64,000 nucleotides of DNA. Origin: Candidatus Fervidifonticultor secundus (lineage in GTDB: Bacteria; Sysuimicrobiota; Sysuimicrobiia; Sysuimicrobiales; Humicultoraceae). Under the pieces are notes generated by a model. It did not search any database. It was not told the DNA's origin and saw only the letters and a program-made list of their open reading frames with translations. A program made the translations under genes and the position numbers. How positions within the stretch are numbered: position 1 is the first letter of the stretch; each line of letters begins with the position of its first letter. The stretch lies in contig JAVKIP010000003.1 in assembly GCA_031459385.1 (NCBI GenBank), forward strand, positions 133,192 through 197,191. Direction: 5' to 3'. Shown in pieces: positions 8,786 through 16,767 of this stretch.

Positions 8786-9283
8786 GTGCGGTGCCTTTGG
8801 CAGGCGGCCTGGCGTGGCCACACAGCTCCGACGGCCGCCGGCGTCACAGTCCTGGAGCTCGGGGTCGCGCTGGGCCTGGGGGCGTTGCTCCTGGCCCTAG
8901 CGATGCCACTGTACTTCGGCTTCGTGCGCGAGCGCCGGGTGGCCCGCGTGGCCGAGGACCTGGCCGGCCTGCTGCGCTTCGCACAGCAGCGGGCGGTGGC
9001 CCAGTCGGTCGACAGCTGCGGCGTGCAGGTCGTCACCCTGAGCTCCCGCGCCGAGGTCCGGCGGATCCCGCGGGAGGCGGACGGCGACTGCGCCGACCCG
9101 GTGACGATCCGGGTCGGCGAGCCGTACCCGCAGGGTGTCGCCGTGGCCGAGGTCACCGTCGAGTTCTCCAGTGCGGGATCCCTGGCCACGGGCAGCGCGA
9201 CCTCGATCGGCATCGCCTCGGGGGGTCGCACGCGCACGGTGTCGGTGCAGGCCGCCACGGGAAGGGTGGAGATCACGCCATGA
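8786..9283 (+). CDS. Cassette 3 FimT/GspH-like minor pilin
   Basis: AAG|VTVLELGVAL; LAGLLRFAQQRA; VQAATGRV; GAGGAG 9 nt before the GTG (alternative ATG at 8744). Confidence 0.75.
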   Translation: MRCLWQAAWRGHTAPTAAGVTVLELGVALGLGALLLALAMPLYFGFVRERRVARVAEDLAGLLRFAQQRAVAQSVDSCGVQVVTLSSRAEVRRIPREADGDCADPVTIRVGEPYPQGVAVAEVTVEFSSAGSLATGSATSIGIASGGRTRTVSVQAATGRVEITP

Positions 9284-9810
9284 CGCCGCGCAAGCCGGAT
9301 GGCGGGTTCACGCTGATCGAGGTGGTCATCGCCATGCTGCTGCTTGGCATCGTGGCGCTGGGGAGCAGCGGCGTGGTCCGGTCGCTGGGCCTGCTGGGGC
9401 GCTCGCAGATCTCCAGCGACCGCCACGAGCGGCCCGCGCGGCTGCGCACGCTGGCCATGGAGTACATCCAGGCCGAACTGGAGTACCTGCAGAACCGCTC
9501 GTACTACGCCCTGCGCGACGCCTCGGCGTGCAACCCGCCCGGGGCGCCCACGCCGATCGCCGCGGCGCGCCGCGTCCCGAGCAGCTACCTGGACGCCAGC
9601 GAGCCTCGCCTGCCGGCCTCGTTCGCAGCGGCGGACATCATCATCACGACGGATCCGACCATCACCGCGCCGGCGTCCCCGCCCCTGGACTGCCGGCCCA
9701 GGGTCATGAGCGTCACCGTCTACCTGGCGCCCGGCGACCTGCCGGCTGTGCCCGGCGGCGCAGGCGGCACCCCCTTCATCCGCGGCGCCACGGCCCGGTC
9801 GTGGCGATAG
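9280..9810 (+). CDS. Cassette 3 PilV/GspI-like minor pilin
   Basis: DGG|FTLIEVVIAM; LAMEYIQAELEYL; ATGA overlap. Confidence 0.85.
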   Translation: MTPRKPDGGFTLIEVVIAMLLLGIVALGSSGVVRSLGLLGRSQISSDRHERPARLRTLAMEYIQAELEYLQNRSYYALRDASACNPPGAPTPIAAARRVPSSYLDASEPRLPASFAAADIIITTDPTITAPASPPLDCRPRVMSVTVYLAPGDLPAVPGGAGGTPFIRGATARSWR

Positions 9811-9839
9811 CCACCGGACGCCGCCGGGAGGACGGAACG

Positions 9840-10475
9840 ATGCCACGGCACGCGACGCGGACGGCTGACCGGCGGGGCGAGCGGGCATTCACCGTGCTGG
9901 AAGTGCTGGTGGCGCTCAGCCTCTTCGGGGTGGTCCTGCTCACGGGCTTTGCGGCGTTCAACGCCAGCTACCGCGGTCTGGTGGCGGGCAAGGAGCTGGC
10001 CGACGAGCACCAGAACGCGCGGCTGGTCCTGGAGTGGATCACCCGCCGGATTCGCCTTGCCGGCATCGGCGCGCCCCCCGGCACCACGGCCTTCTTCAGC
10101 GAAGCCGGTACCAGCGCCCTGGCGTTCGTCGCCGATACCGACGCCGACGGGGTACTCGAGTGGCGCCGGTACTGCCTGGATGCCGCCGCAGGCGCGGTCC
10201 GCGAGCAGGTGCTCGAACCCGCACCCACCCCGCTGCCGTCCCCCGGCGACGCCTGCGCCGGCGCGACCATCACCTCCCAGGGGCTGCATGCGCTGCGCGT
10301 CTCCCTGCTGCAGTTCTCGTACTTCAACGGGCAGGAGGCGGCAACCAGCGCCCTGTCCCAGATCCGCCGGGTCCGGATCGTGCTGGGCCTGGACTCGAAC
10401 CGCTCGGGCGCCTACGACGCCGCCCAGGACGTCACCTTCACGATGGACGCCGTGCTGCGGAACCCGCTCCAGTAG
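9840..10475 (+). CDS. Cassette 3 PilW/GspJ-like minor pilin
   Basis: ERA|FTVLEVLVAL; QNARLVLEWITRRIRLAG; C-terminal AVLRN. Confidence 0.85.
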   Translation: MPRHATRTADRRGERAFTVLEVLVALSLFGVVLLTGFAAFNASYRGLVAGKELADEHQNARLVLEWITRRIRLAGIGAPPGTTAFFSEAGTSALAFVADTDADGVLEWRRYCLDAAAGAVREQVLEPAPTPLPSPGDACAGATITSQGLHALRVSLLQFSYFNGQEAATSALSQIRRVRIVLGLDSNRSGAYDAAQDVTFTMDAVLRNPLQ

Positions 10476-10510
10476 CGGGGACGCCGTCTGCCGCCGGAGG
10501 GCATGTGACC

Positions 10511-12382
10511 ATGGACAGCGCGCGACCCACAACGTCGGTCAGGCGATCGCCCGGCGAGGCCGGGCTGGCGCTGGCCCTCGTGCTCTTGACCATCAACGTC
10601 ATCCTGATCGTCACCGCGACCCTGGTGGCCATCGCGCTGAACGAGTACCAGGCCGCGGCTAGCGGCGAGCGGTCGCGCCAGGCATTTCAGCTGGCCGAGG
10701 CCGGGCTGGAGAAGGCGATCTACGAGCTAAAGCGCGACCTGGACTGGACCGACTCCGGCGCATCCGCAGCCGCCACCAGGAACCTCAACGACCCGCGGGA
10801 GTGGGCACCGCTGTGGGACGGGAGCGCGAACCTCGTCGACACGCCGTTCCCGGCGGGGGCGACGATCGGCGAGATCACCGTCGAGCTGTGCCGCGACGAC
10901 AACTTCGGCGACGGCAACGGCTGCCCGGGCGTGCCCGCGCCGACCGTGGCCGGGTGCACCCCGAATGCCTGCATCTGGGTGCGGGCCACCGGGCGCATCC
11001 CCGGGCTGGCCGCGCGGCAGATCGAGTTCCTCCTGAGCCAGATGGCGCCGGGGTACGACCTGATCAACTACTCGGCGAGCCCCATCAACATCGGCGCCGG
11101 CGGCGGCGGCAACGGCAGTTTCATCCTCCACGGCTCGCTCTACATCGCCTCGTGCCTCGACCCCGACGGGGGCGGTCCCCAGCCGTGCGTGGGTCTCGTC
11201 ATGCAGGGTGACGGCGCCATCCTCAACGACGTGCCGTATCCCACGCCGGGCGACCCGGACACCACCCCACCCTACAACAACAAGGTCTATGTGGTCGGTC
11301 AGATCCAGGGCCAGGGCAACTCGTGGCAGATCGGCCTGGACAGCCAGCCCATGCAGGGCGTCTATGCCACCCTGGGCTGGTCCAGCGGCTACGAGAACCA
11401 GATCGACGCGCTCGACAAGGGGACCGTGGTGCCATTTGTACCCTTCCCCGACCCCTCGAAGCTCTGTGAGCCGGGGGCCCCCGGCGATCCACCGCGGTGC
11501 CTAATGAACCGGCTCAACCTGCCACCGGCCGACGGCGGCATCACGCCCATCAACGCCGACCTGGCGTACGTCTGCACGGCCGCCACCTGCACCACTGCGG
11601 CCTCGTGGACGCCGGTGTACATCCGGGGGCCCCTGGCCGACCCCCTCACGCCGCTGCGGCTCTCGGCGAACAACCCGACGCGCACCCGGGTCGTGATTCC
11701 CGACCGCAACCCCGACGGCTCGCCGGCGGTGAACTGCACGACGACGCCGTCGACGTGCAATGTCGCCGCCGGGACCGGCAGCGTGAACGGGTCGGGGAAC
11801 TTCTCCCTGGTCTACAACGGCTACGCGGGCGCCGGCCAGGTGAACCTGTGGACGCAGTCCGGGGCCGATGCCTTCATCCACACCACCAAGCACGTTCGGA
11901 TCGACGGCGACGTGCGCTACGCCGGCCGCACGACGTTCCTGATCGAGAACGCCGACGACGTGGGCGCGGCGATGCCGGCACTGGAGATCCGCGGGTCGGT
12001 CACGCCGCTGTGCCGGGCCAGCCAGACCACCTGCGCCCAGACGTTCGGTCAGGCCAACGGGGACACCTACGCGTTCGCGGTCGGCCCCAAGTGCACGGGC
12101 GCGCCGCCCAGCGGTTCGCTGGTCTGCACGCCGACCGGGGGCGGCGTCTACGTCCGGGGGTCGGGGATCGAGCTGAACCTGGTGGTGCTGGCCCACGGGA
12201 CGCTCAAGAACGACAACCCGCAGACCTGGTACGGCATGTTCATCGCGGGCCTGCTGGACTGGGACAACAACCCGTCCATCTATCCCGTGGCCAACCTGAA
12301 GGCGAACCTCCCGCCCGGCATCGCTCCGCTGGCCAAGCCGGGGTTCGGGCTGCAGATCACGCGATGGCGCGAGGTCTTTTAG
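10511..12382 (+). CDS. Cassette 3 large Cys-rich PilX/GspK/ComZ-like minor pilin
   Basis: EAG|LALALVLL; QAFQLAEAGLEKAIYEL PilX motif; C-terminal LQITRWREVF. Confidence 0.85.
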   Translation: MDSARPTTSVRRSPGEAGLALALVLLTINVILIVTATLVAIALNEYQAAASGERSRQAFQLAEAGLEKAIYELKRDLDWTDSGASAAATRNLNDPREWAPLWDGSANLVDTPFPAGATIGEITVELCRDDNFGDGNGCPGVPAPTVAGCTPNACIWVRATGRIPGLAARQIEFLLSQMAPGYDLINYSASPINIGAGGGGNGSFILHGSLYIASCLDPDGGGPQPCVGLVMQGDGAILNDVPYPTPGDPDTTPPYNNKVYVVGQIQGQGNSWQIGLDSQPMQGVYATLGWSSGYENQIDALDKGTVVPFVPFPDPSKLCEPGAPGDPPRCLMNRLNLPPADGGITPINADLAYVCTAATCTTAASWTPVYIRGPLADPLTPLRLSANNPTRTRVVIPDRNPDGSPAVNCTTTPSTCNVAAGTGSVNGSGNFSLVYNGYAGAGQVNLWTQSGADAFIHTTKHVRIDGDVRYAGRTTFLIENADDVGAAMPALEIRGSVTPLCRASQTTCAQTFGQANGDTYAFAVGPKCTGAPPSGSLVCTPTGGGVYVRGSGIELNLVVLAHGTLKNDNPQTWYGMFIAGLLDWDNNPSIYPVANLKANLPPGIAPLAKPGFGLQITRWREVF

Positions 12383-12422
12383 GGGTCTAGGGCGGCCCGG
12401 AAACGGGCAAAGAGTTCCAGGG

Positions 12423-12514
12423 CTCCTCCGACAAAGGCTACCCCGGAGCGATCCGGCGGGCGCAAAGCTCCAGAACCCGGGTTCTCCCAGGTTGGCTGAG
12501 CTACCGAAGAGGGG
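12423..12514 (+). ncRNA. c-di-GMP-I (GEMM)-like riboswitch upstream of cassette 4
   Basis: CUCCUCCG-ACAAAGGC-UA-CCCCGGA-GCGA-UCCGGCGG-GCGCAAAG, P3 AGCUCCAGAACC/GGUUGGCUGAGCU, then ACCGAAGAGGGG immediately before GTG 12521. Confidence 0.85.
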
Positions 12515-12520
12515 AGAGTT

Positions 12521-13045
12521 GTGGGAACTGCCTTCTGCAGAGCCACGCGCACGGGCTCGAGCCCGTCCGCTCCGCACCGCACGCGCCGAATCCCACACGG
12601 TGCTCGTCAGGCGCCCTCTGGGCGCTGGCAGGCCGGGTACACGGTCCTGGAGCTGCTCATCGTCTCGGCGATCGGCCTGCTGGTGCTGTCGTTCGGGGTC
12701 GGCAGCATCAGCCGGGCCATGGCCCGCGAGGAGCTGGATGGCTGGGCCCGGGCCATCGCCGTCGAACTCACGGCCGCCCAGCAGGCGGCCATGACGCGCC
12801 GGACCAGCGTCACGGTGTCGTTCCAGAACAACGCCTTCATCGTGGTGGCCAGCGGCGGCGGCACGCTGCGCGCGCAGGACCTGCCGTCCCACATCAGCTT
12901 CGGCGCCACGCTGCAGACGGTGACGTTCGACCGGCGGGGGGTGCCAGGCGGCGCGTCCTCCGTATCGCTGACGAGCACGCGCGCCGGGAAGACCTACACC
13001 ATCACGATCCAGCCCAACACGGGACGGGTGACCGCAGATGGCTGA
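12521..13045 (+). CDS. Cassette 4 FimT/GspH-like minor pilin
   Basis: QAG|YTVLELLIVS; ELTAAQQAAM; IQPNTGRV. Confidence 0.8.
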   Translation: MGTAFCRATRTGSSPSAPHRTRRIPHGARQAPSGRWQAGYTVLELLIVSAIGLLVLSFGVGSISRAMAREELDGWARAIAVELTAAQQAAMTRRTSVTVSFQNNAFIVVASGGGTLRAQDLPSHISFGATLQTVTFDRRGVPGGASSVSLTSTRAGKTYTITIQPNTGRVTADG

Positions 13046-13475
13046 CCGCCCGCGCGCCCGCCGCGCCAGCGGCGGGTTCACCCTGATCGAGGTCGTCGTC
13101 GCCATGGCCGTGCTCTCCCTGGTGGCCACCACCGCGCTGGGCGGGCTGCTGTTCACCATGACCCAGACCCGGCGCGGCTTCGACCGGGCCCAGGCCGCGG
13201 CATGGGTCCAGGCCGAGCTGGACTTCCTGCGCACCATGGGGTACGGGCTGGCGCCGGGGACGCGCACTGTGCCCACTGACGGCTATCTGGCCAACAGCGA
13301 CCTGCAGGAACCGCGGATTCCCGACGGGTTCGACCGGGCCGAGATCGTCGTCGAGGACCTCACCGGCAGCCTGGGCATTCCCCTGAAGTCCATGACGGTG
13401 CGCCTGTACCAGACGCCGACCTCCCCGCCCTACACGATCCTCGTCACGTATGTGGCGAACTTCGACTACCCGTGA
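13038..13475 (+). CDS. Cassette 4 PilV/GspI-like minor pilin
   Basis: SGG|FTLIEVVVAM; AAAWVQAELDFLR. Confidence 0.85.
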   Translation: MADRPRARRASGGFTLIEVVVAMAVLSLVATTALGGLLFTMTQTRRGFDRAQAAAWVQAELDFLRTMGYGLAPGTRTVPTDGYLANSDLQEPRIPDGFDRAEIVVEDLTGSLGIPLKSMTVRLYQTPTSPPYTILVTYVANFDYP

Positions 13476-14185
13476 GCGGACCAGCGATGCGCCGGCCTGG
13501 GGCAGCACGGCACGGACAGGCGGGGATCTCCCTCGTCGAGGTCATGGTGGCCATGGTCATCATGACGGTCGTCATCGGGACGATCGCGACGCTGGTGGGC
13601 GCGTCGGTCCGCAGCAAGATGATCGTGGCCAGCCGGTCCTCCGACACGGAGACGGCACGCCAGACGCTGGAGATGATGTCCGAGCGGCTGCGCAACGCGG
13701 GGCTGAACATCGACCCTGCGGCCCAGCCCGACCGCTGCGACGACATGGTCGTGGCCAAGGACCCGGCCCTGCGGCCGACGGCGACCCAGCTCTACGTGGC
13801 CGGCGAGATCTTCAACTCGAACACGACCGCGGGCGACCAGGTGATCGTGCTGGGCTACCGGCTCACCGGCGGCCGGATCGTCGAGGACCGCAGCGCGTGC
13901 GGCGTATGGGCTCCGACGACCAGCGATGTCTCGAACCCCGGGATCACGGTGACGAGCCTGCTCTTCCGGTACTTCGGCTCAAGCGGCGGCGAGATCACCG
14001 TACCCACAACCGACGAGGAGGCGATCCGGAGCATCCGCGTGGTGCAGATCAGCCTCACGGTCCGGGCCGAGGAGGGACGGTCGGGCGCCCAGATCCAGCG
14101 CTTCAGCCGGCAGGTGATGCTGCGCAACCCCCGGCCGGACCGCAGTGGCTGGCTGCCGCCGGCCGGATGGGAGACGAATCCATGA
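13472..14185 (+). CDS. Cassette 4 PilW/GspJ-like minor pilin
   Basis: QAG|ISLVEVMVAM; ARQTLEMMSERLRNAG; QVMLRN. Confidence 0.85.
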   Translation: MSGPAMRRPGAARHGQAGISLVEVMVAMVIMTVVIGTIATLVGASVRSKMIVASRSSDTETARQTLEMMSERLRNAGLNIDPAAQPDRCDDMVVAKDPALRPTATQLYVAGEIFNSNTTAGDQVIVLGYRLTGGRIVEDRSACGVWAPTTSDVSNPGITVTSLLFRYFGSSGGEITVPTTDEEAIRSIRVVQISLTVRAEEGRSGAQIQRFSRQVMLRNPRPDRSGWLPPAGWETNP

Positions 14186-15591
14186 AAAGAGGCACGATGC
14201 GGCCCGCCGGCGCCGGGCGCCTGCGCCGCACGCCGGCGGGCGGCCAGGCTGGCGCGGCGCTGCTCTCGGTGGTGCTCTTCCTGCTGCTGATCCTGATGGT
14301 CACGGTGGGTGTCATGGCGGTGGTCCGCAGCGACCTGGCGGCCGGCATCCGCCAGCAGCAGGCCGTGCAGGTCTTCAACGTGGCGGAGGCGGGCGTGCAC
14401 TACGCCATCGCGCGCCTGCAGACCTCTGGGGCGAACCGGTACGACGGGGCCACGGTCCCCATCACCGACGGCAGCACCACCATCGGGACCGCCACCATCC
14501 AGGTCCGCTGCCTGGACGGCACCCTCCCGAGCGCCAGCGCCTGCAACGGTGCCGAGCCGGCCTACCGGCGGATCGCCTCCACCGGAACGCTCACGGTGGC
14601 AGGACCCCGTCGGGTGGTGACGGCGGTGGTCGAGGGCACGACCTCAGTGACACGGACCTACGCGGTGTGCGCCTACGACGCCCTGACCCTCGACCAGCAG
14701 GTGACGGTCTACGGGTCGGTGGGCACCAACGGCATTATGACGCTCAGCGGGCCCAACAACCTCAACCGTGCGGCGATCTGCGACTCCACCCCGGGCGGGC
14801 TGGGCGGCCGGTGCGGCACGCCCAATCCCGCACCCGCCAGCTCGTTCACGGCCGGCGCCTCCGCCGTGGGGACCATCACGTGCAACGGGGGCGGCTGTGC
14901 CAACCAGGTGGAAGGGCCGACGACACCCAACCAGCCGGCCGGGTCGGTATGCCCGACGGTCACGCTCCCGGGCTGGGGGCCCCCGGGCACCACGCCCCTG
15001 TCGGTGCCCCTCGGCAGCACGGTGTTCGCCAACCCCGCCACCAACTACGGCTCCGTGACGCTGGCGGATACGCCCGGCAACCCCAACCCCTGCCCGTCGG
15101 ACCCCGCGCAGCGCGCCACGCTGGTGCTGGACGCGGGCAGCGACCCCACCGCGACGGTCACGTTCCAGATGGCCACGCTGTCGGTCGGCAAGTGCGCCCG
15201 CGTCGAGATCCGCGGGCAGGGGAAGGTCGAACTGCGGTTGCTCGCGCCGACCACCACGGCGCTGCGCACCGTCCAGCGCTCGGTCCTGGGGACCACCTCG
15301 CAGACCGTCGGCAGCGAGGTGGCCGTGGAGGGCCACCGGTTCACGGTCAAGGTGGTGTCCACCCACTCGACCGCCGCCGTCGACTTCAACCAGTCGGGCT
15401 TGATCGCCGGCACGTTCATCGTGCCCAACGGCGGGTTCCACCTGGACCAGGCACAGATCACCAACGGCGCGATCCTGGCGAGGGCCGTCGACTTCGACCA
15501 GGGCACCACCTTCACGTGGGACCCGCGGTCGATCATCGGCGACCAGGTCTACGGCGACTTTCGCCGGCTGCGAGCCTGGAAGGACCAGTAG
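14182..15591 (+). CDS. Cassette 4 large PilX/GspK/ComZ-like minor pilin
   Basis: QAG|AALLSVVL; QVFNVAEAGVHYAIARL; C-terminal RLRAWKDQ; ATGA overlap. Confidence 0.85.
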   Translation: MKRGTMRPAGAGRLRRTPAGGQAGAALLSVVLFLLLILMVTVGVMAVVRSDLAAGIRQQQAVQVFNVAEAGVHYAIARLQTSGANRYDGATVPITDGSTTIGTATIQVRCLDGTLPSASACNGAEPAYRRIASTGTLTVAGPRRVVTAVVEGTTSVTRTYAVCAYDALTLDQQVTVYGSVGTNGIMTLSGPNNLNRAAICDSTPGGLGGRCGTPNPAPASSFTAGASAVGTITCNGGGCANQVEGPTTPNQPAGSVCPTVTLPGWGPPGTTPLSVPLGSTVFANPATNYGSVTLADTPGNPNPCPSDPAQRATLVLDAGSDPTATVTFQMATLSVGKCARVEIRGQGKVELRLLAPTTTALRTVQRSVLGTTSQTVGSEVAVEGHRFTVKVVSTHSTAAVDFNQSGLIAGTFIVPNGGFHLDQAQITNGAILARAVDFDQGTTFTWDPRSIIGDQVYGDFRRLRAWKDQ

Positions 15592-15639
15592 GCGCCCGAG
15601 AGGGGCCCGGCGCACACGCCGGGTGACGCCGCGCCCGCG

Positions 15640-16251
15640 TCACCCGGCGTTGTGTTTGTCGCCGGTCCCGCGTCCTGTGCCCCGAGGCGAAGGAGAGCGC
15701 CGCGCGCTATCGACAGCCGTTGTGGCGGGCGGCGATCCGGATCGGATGGGTCGCAGACGGCCCGTCGCGAACCGCTCCCGCGCTTCCGCTACTAGCCGCC
15801 AGGCCTCGGGGGCCGGAGCCCAGCCGTAGATCTCGACCGCCTTCTCCTCCAGGGTCTTGTACACGGTGAAGAAGTGCTCGACCTCTTTCAGGAAGTGGGG
15901 CGGCACGCCGTTCAGGTCGGTGACGTCCGCAAAGCGCGGGTCACCCACGGGCACCGCCAGGATCTTCTGGTCGACGCCCTTCTCGTCCCGCATGTTCAGG
16001 ACGCCGATGGGTCGTACCTCGACCAGGCACCCCGGGAACGTTGGCTCGTAGGTGAAAATCAGGACGTCCAGGTGGTCGCCGTCCTCCGCCAGGGTCTCCT
16101 CAATGAACCCGTAGTCGGCCGGGTAGTGCAGCGGCGAGTAGAGCACGCGGTCCAGGCGCAGCCGGCTGGCGGCGGCATCCCATTCGTACTTGTTGCGGCT
16201 GCCTCGCGCGATCTCCACCAACGCCCAGACGGTAGGCCCGGGCCGCGACAT
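15640..16251 (-). CDS. ppa: Family I inorganic pyrophosphatase
   Basis: VEIARGSRNKYE, LDRVLYSPLHYPADYG, DGDHLDV, HFFTVYKTLE motifs. Confidence 0.95.
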   Translation of the reverse strand: MSRPGPTVWALVEIARGSRNKYEWDAAASRLRLDRVLYSPLHYPADYGFIEETLAEDGDHLDVLIFTYEPTFPGCLVEVRPIGVLNMRDEKGVDQKILAVPVGDPRFADVTDLNGVPPHFLKEVEHFFTVYKTLEEKAVEIYGWAPAPEAWRLVAEARERFATGRLRPIRSGSPPATTAVDSARRSPSPRGTGRGTGDKHNAG

Positions 16252-16253
16252 GC

Positions 16254-16664
16254 TCACCCTCTCGCCTCCTCCACCGCGGCCAGGGTCTGGGCCAGCGCGG
16301 CCACCCGACGCCCCAGCTCGTCGCGGACCGCGCGGTAGCCCTCGAGCCCGCCGCCAGCGGGGTTGGGCAGCGGCCAGTGCTCGCTGCGTACGCCCGGCAC
16401 CACCGGGCAGGCCTCCTCCGCGCACAGCCCCACGATCAGGGCCACGTCGGGGCCCAGCGCCGCCTCCAGGGCCACGGGCCGATGCTGGCTGATGTCGAGG
16501 CCGACCTCGCGCATCGCCTCCACCGCTTCCGGACGCACGCGCTCGCCGGGTTCCGTGCCCGCGGAACCCGCCCGCCAGCCAGCCGGCGCCACCGCGTTGA
16601 ACAGCGCGGCGGCCATCGGCGAGCGGGCGGTGTTGTGATGTCAGACGAACAGGACGCGCGGCAT
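16254..16664 (-). CDS. arsC: Thioredoxin-type arsenate reductase / LMW-PTP family protein with an in-frame TGA (putative Sec) at the catalytic Cys
   Basis: MPRVLFV-TGA-HHNTARSPMA matches the VLFVC-x5-R P-loop; SAGTEP, GLDIS, LCAEEACP and HWPLPNP downstream in the same frame. Confidence 0.8.
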
Positions 16665-16670
16665 GGCTCC

Positions 16671-16679
16671 AGGATACCA
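16671..16679 (-). promoter_or_regulatory. Extended -10 (TGG-TATCCT) 6 nt before the arsC ATG: leaderless promoter
   Basis: Same TGG-TANNNT-N6-ATG layout as at argS. Confidence 0.5.
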
Positions 16680-16767
16680 CAGGCCCGCGGCTACGCCCCG
16701 CCCGGCCGCACGGTGACACGGTGACAGGGACGCCCGGAGGGCCTAGCATCGAGGTGGAGGGGGTGCG

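Noticed and set aside
12394..12412. GCCCG-GAAA-CGGGC hairpin followed by AAAG, read as a tandem second aptamer
   Set aside because: Too short, with no P1 or P3. It may be a simple stability hairpin or part of the shared upstream motif.
4992..12514. 3'3'-cGAMP (GEMM-Ib) specificity suggested by the CGACAA opening
   Set aside because: The base before G21-C22 is G (G20 equivalent) in all three copies, matching c-di-GMP rather than the A20 variant.
87..15591. Diversity-generating retroelement or silent-cassette gene conversion acting on the pilins
   Set aside because: No reverse transcriptase, no near-identical template/variable repeats; cassettes are highly diverged and have their own signal peptides.
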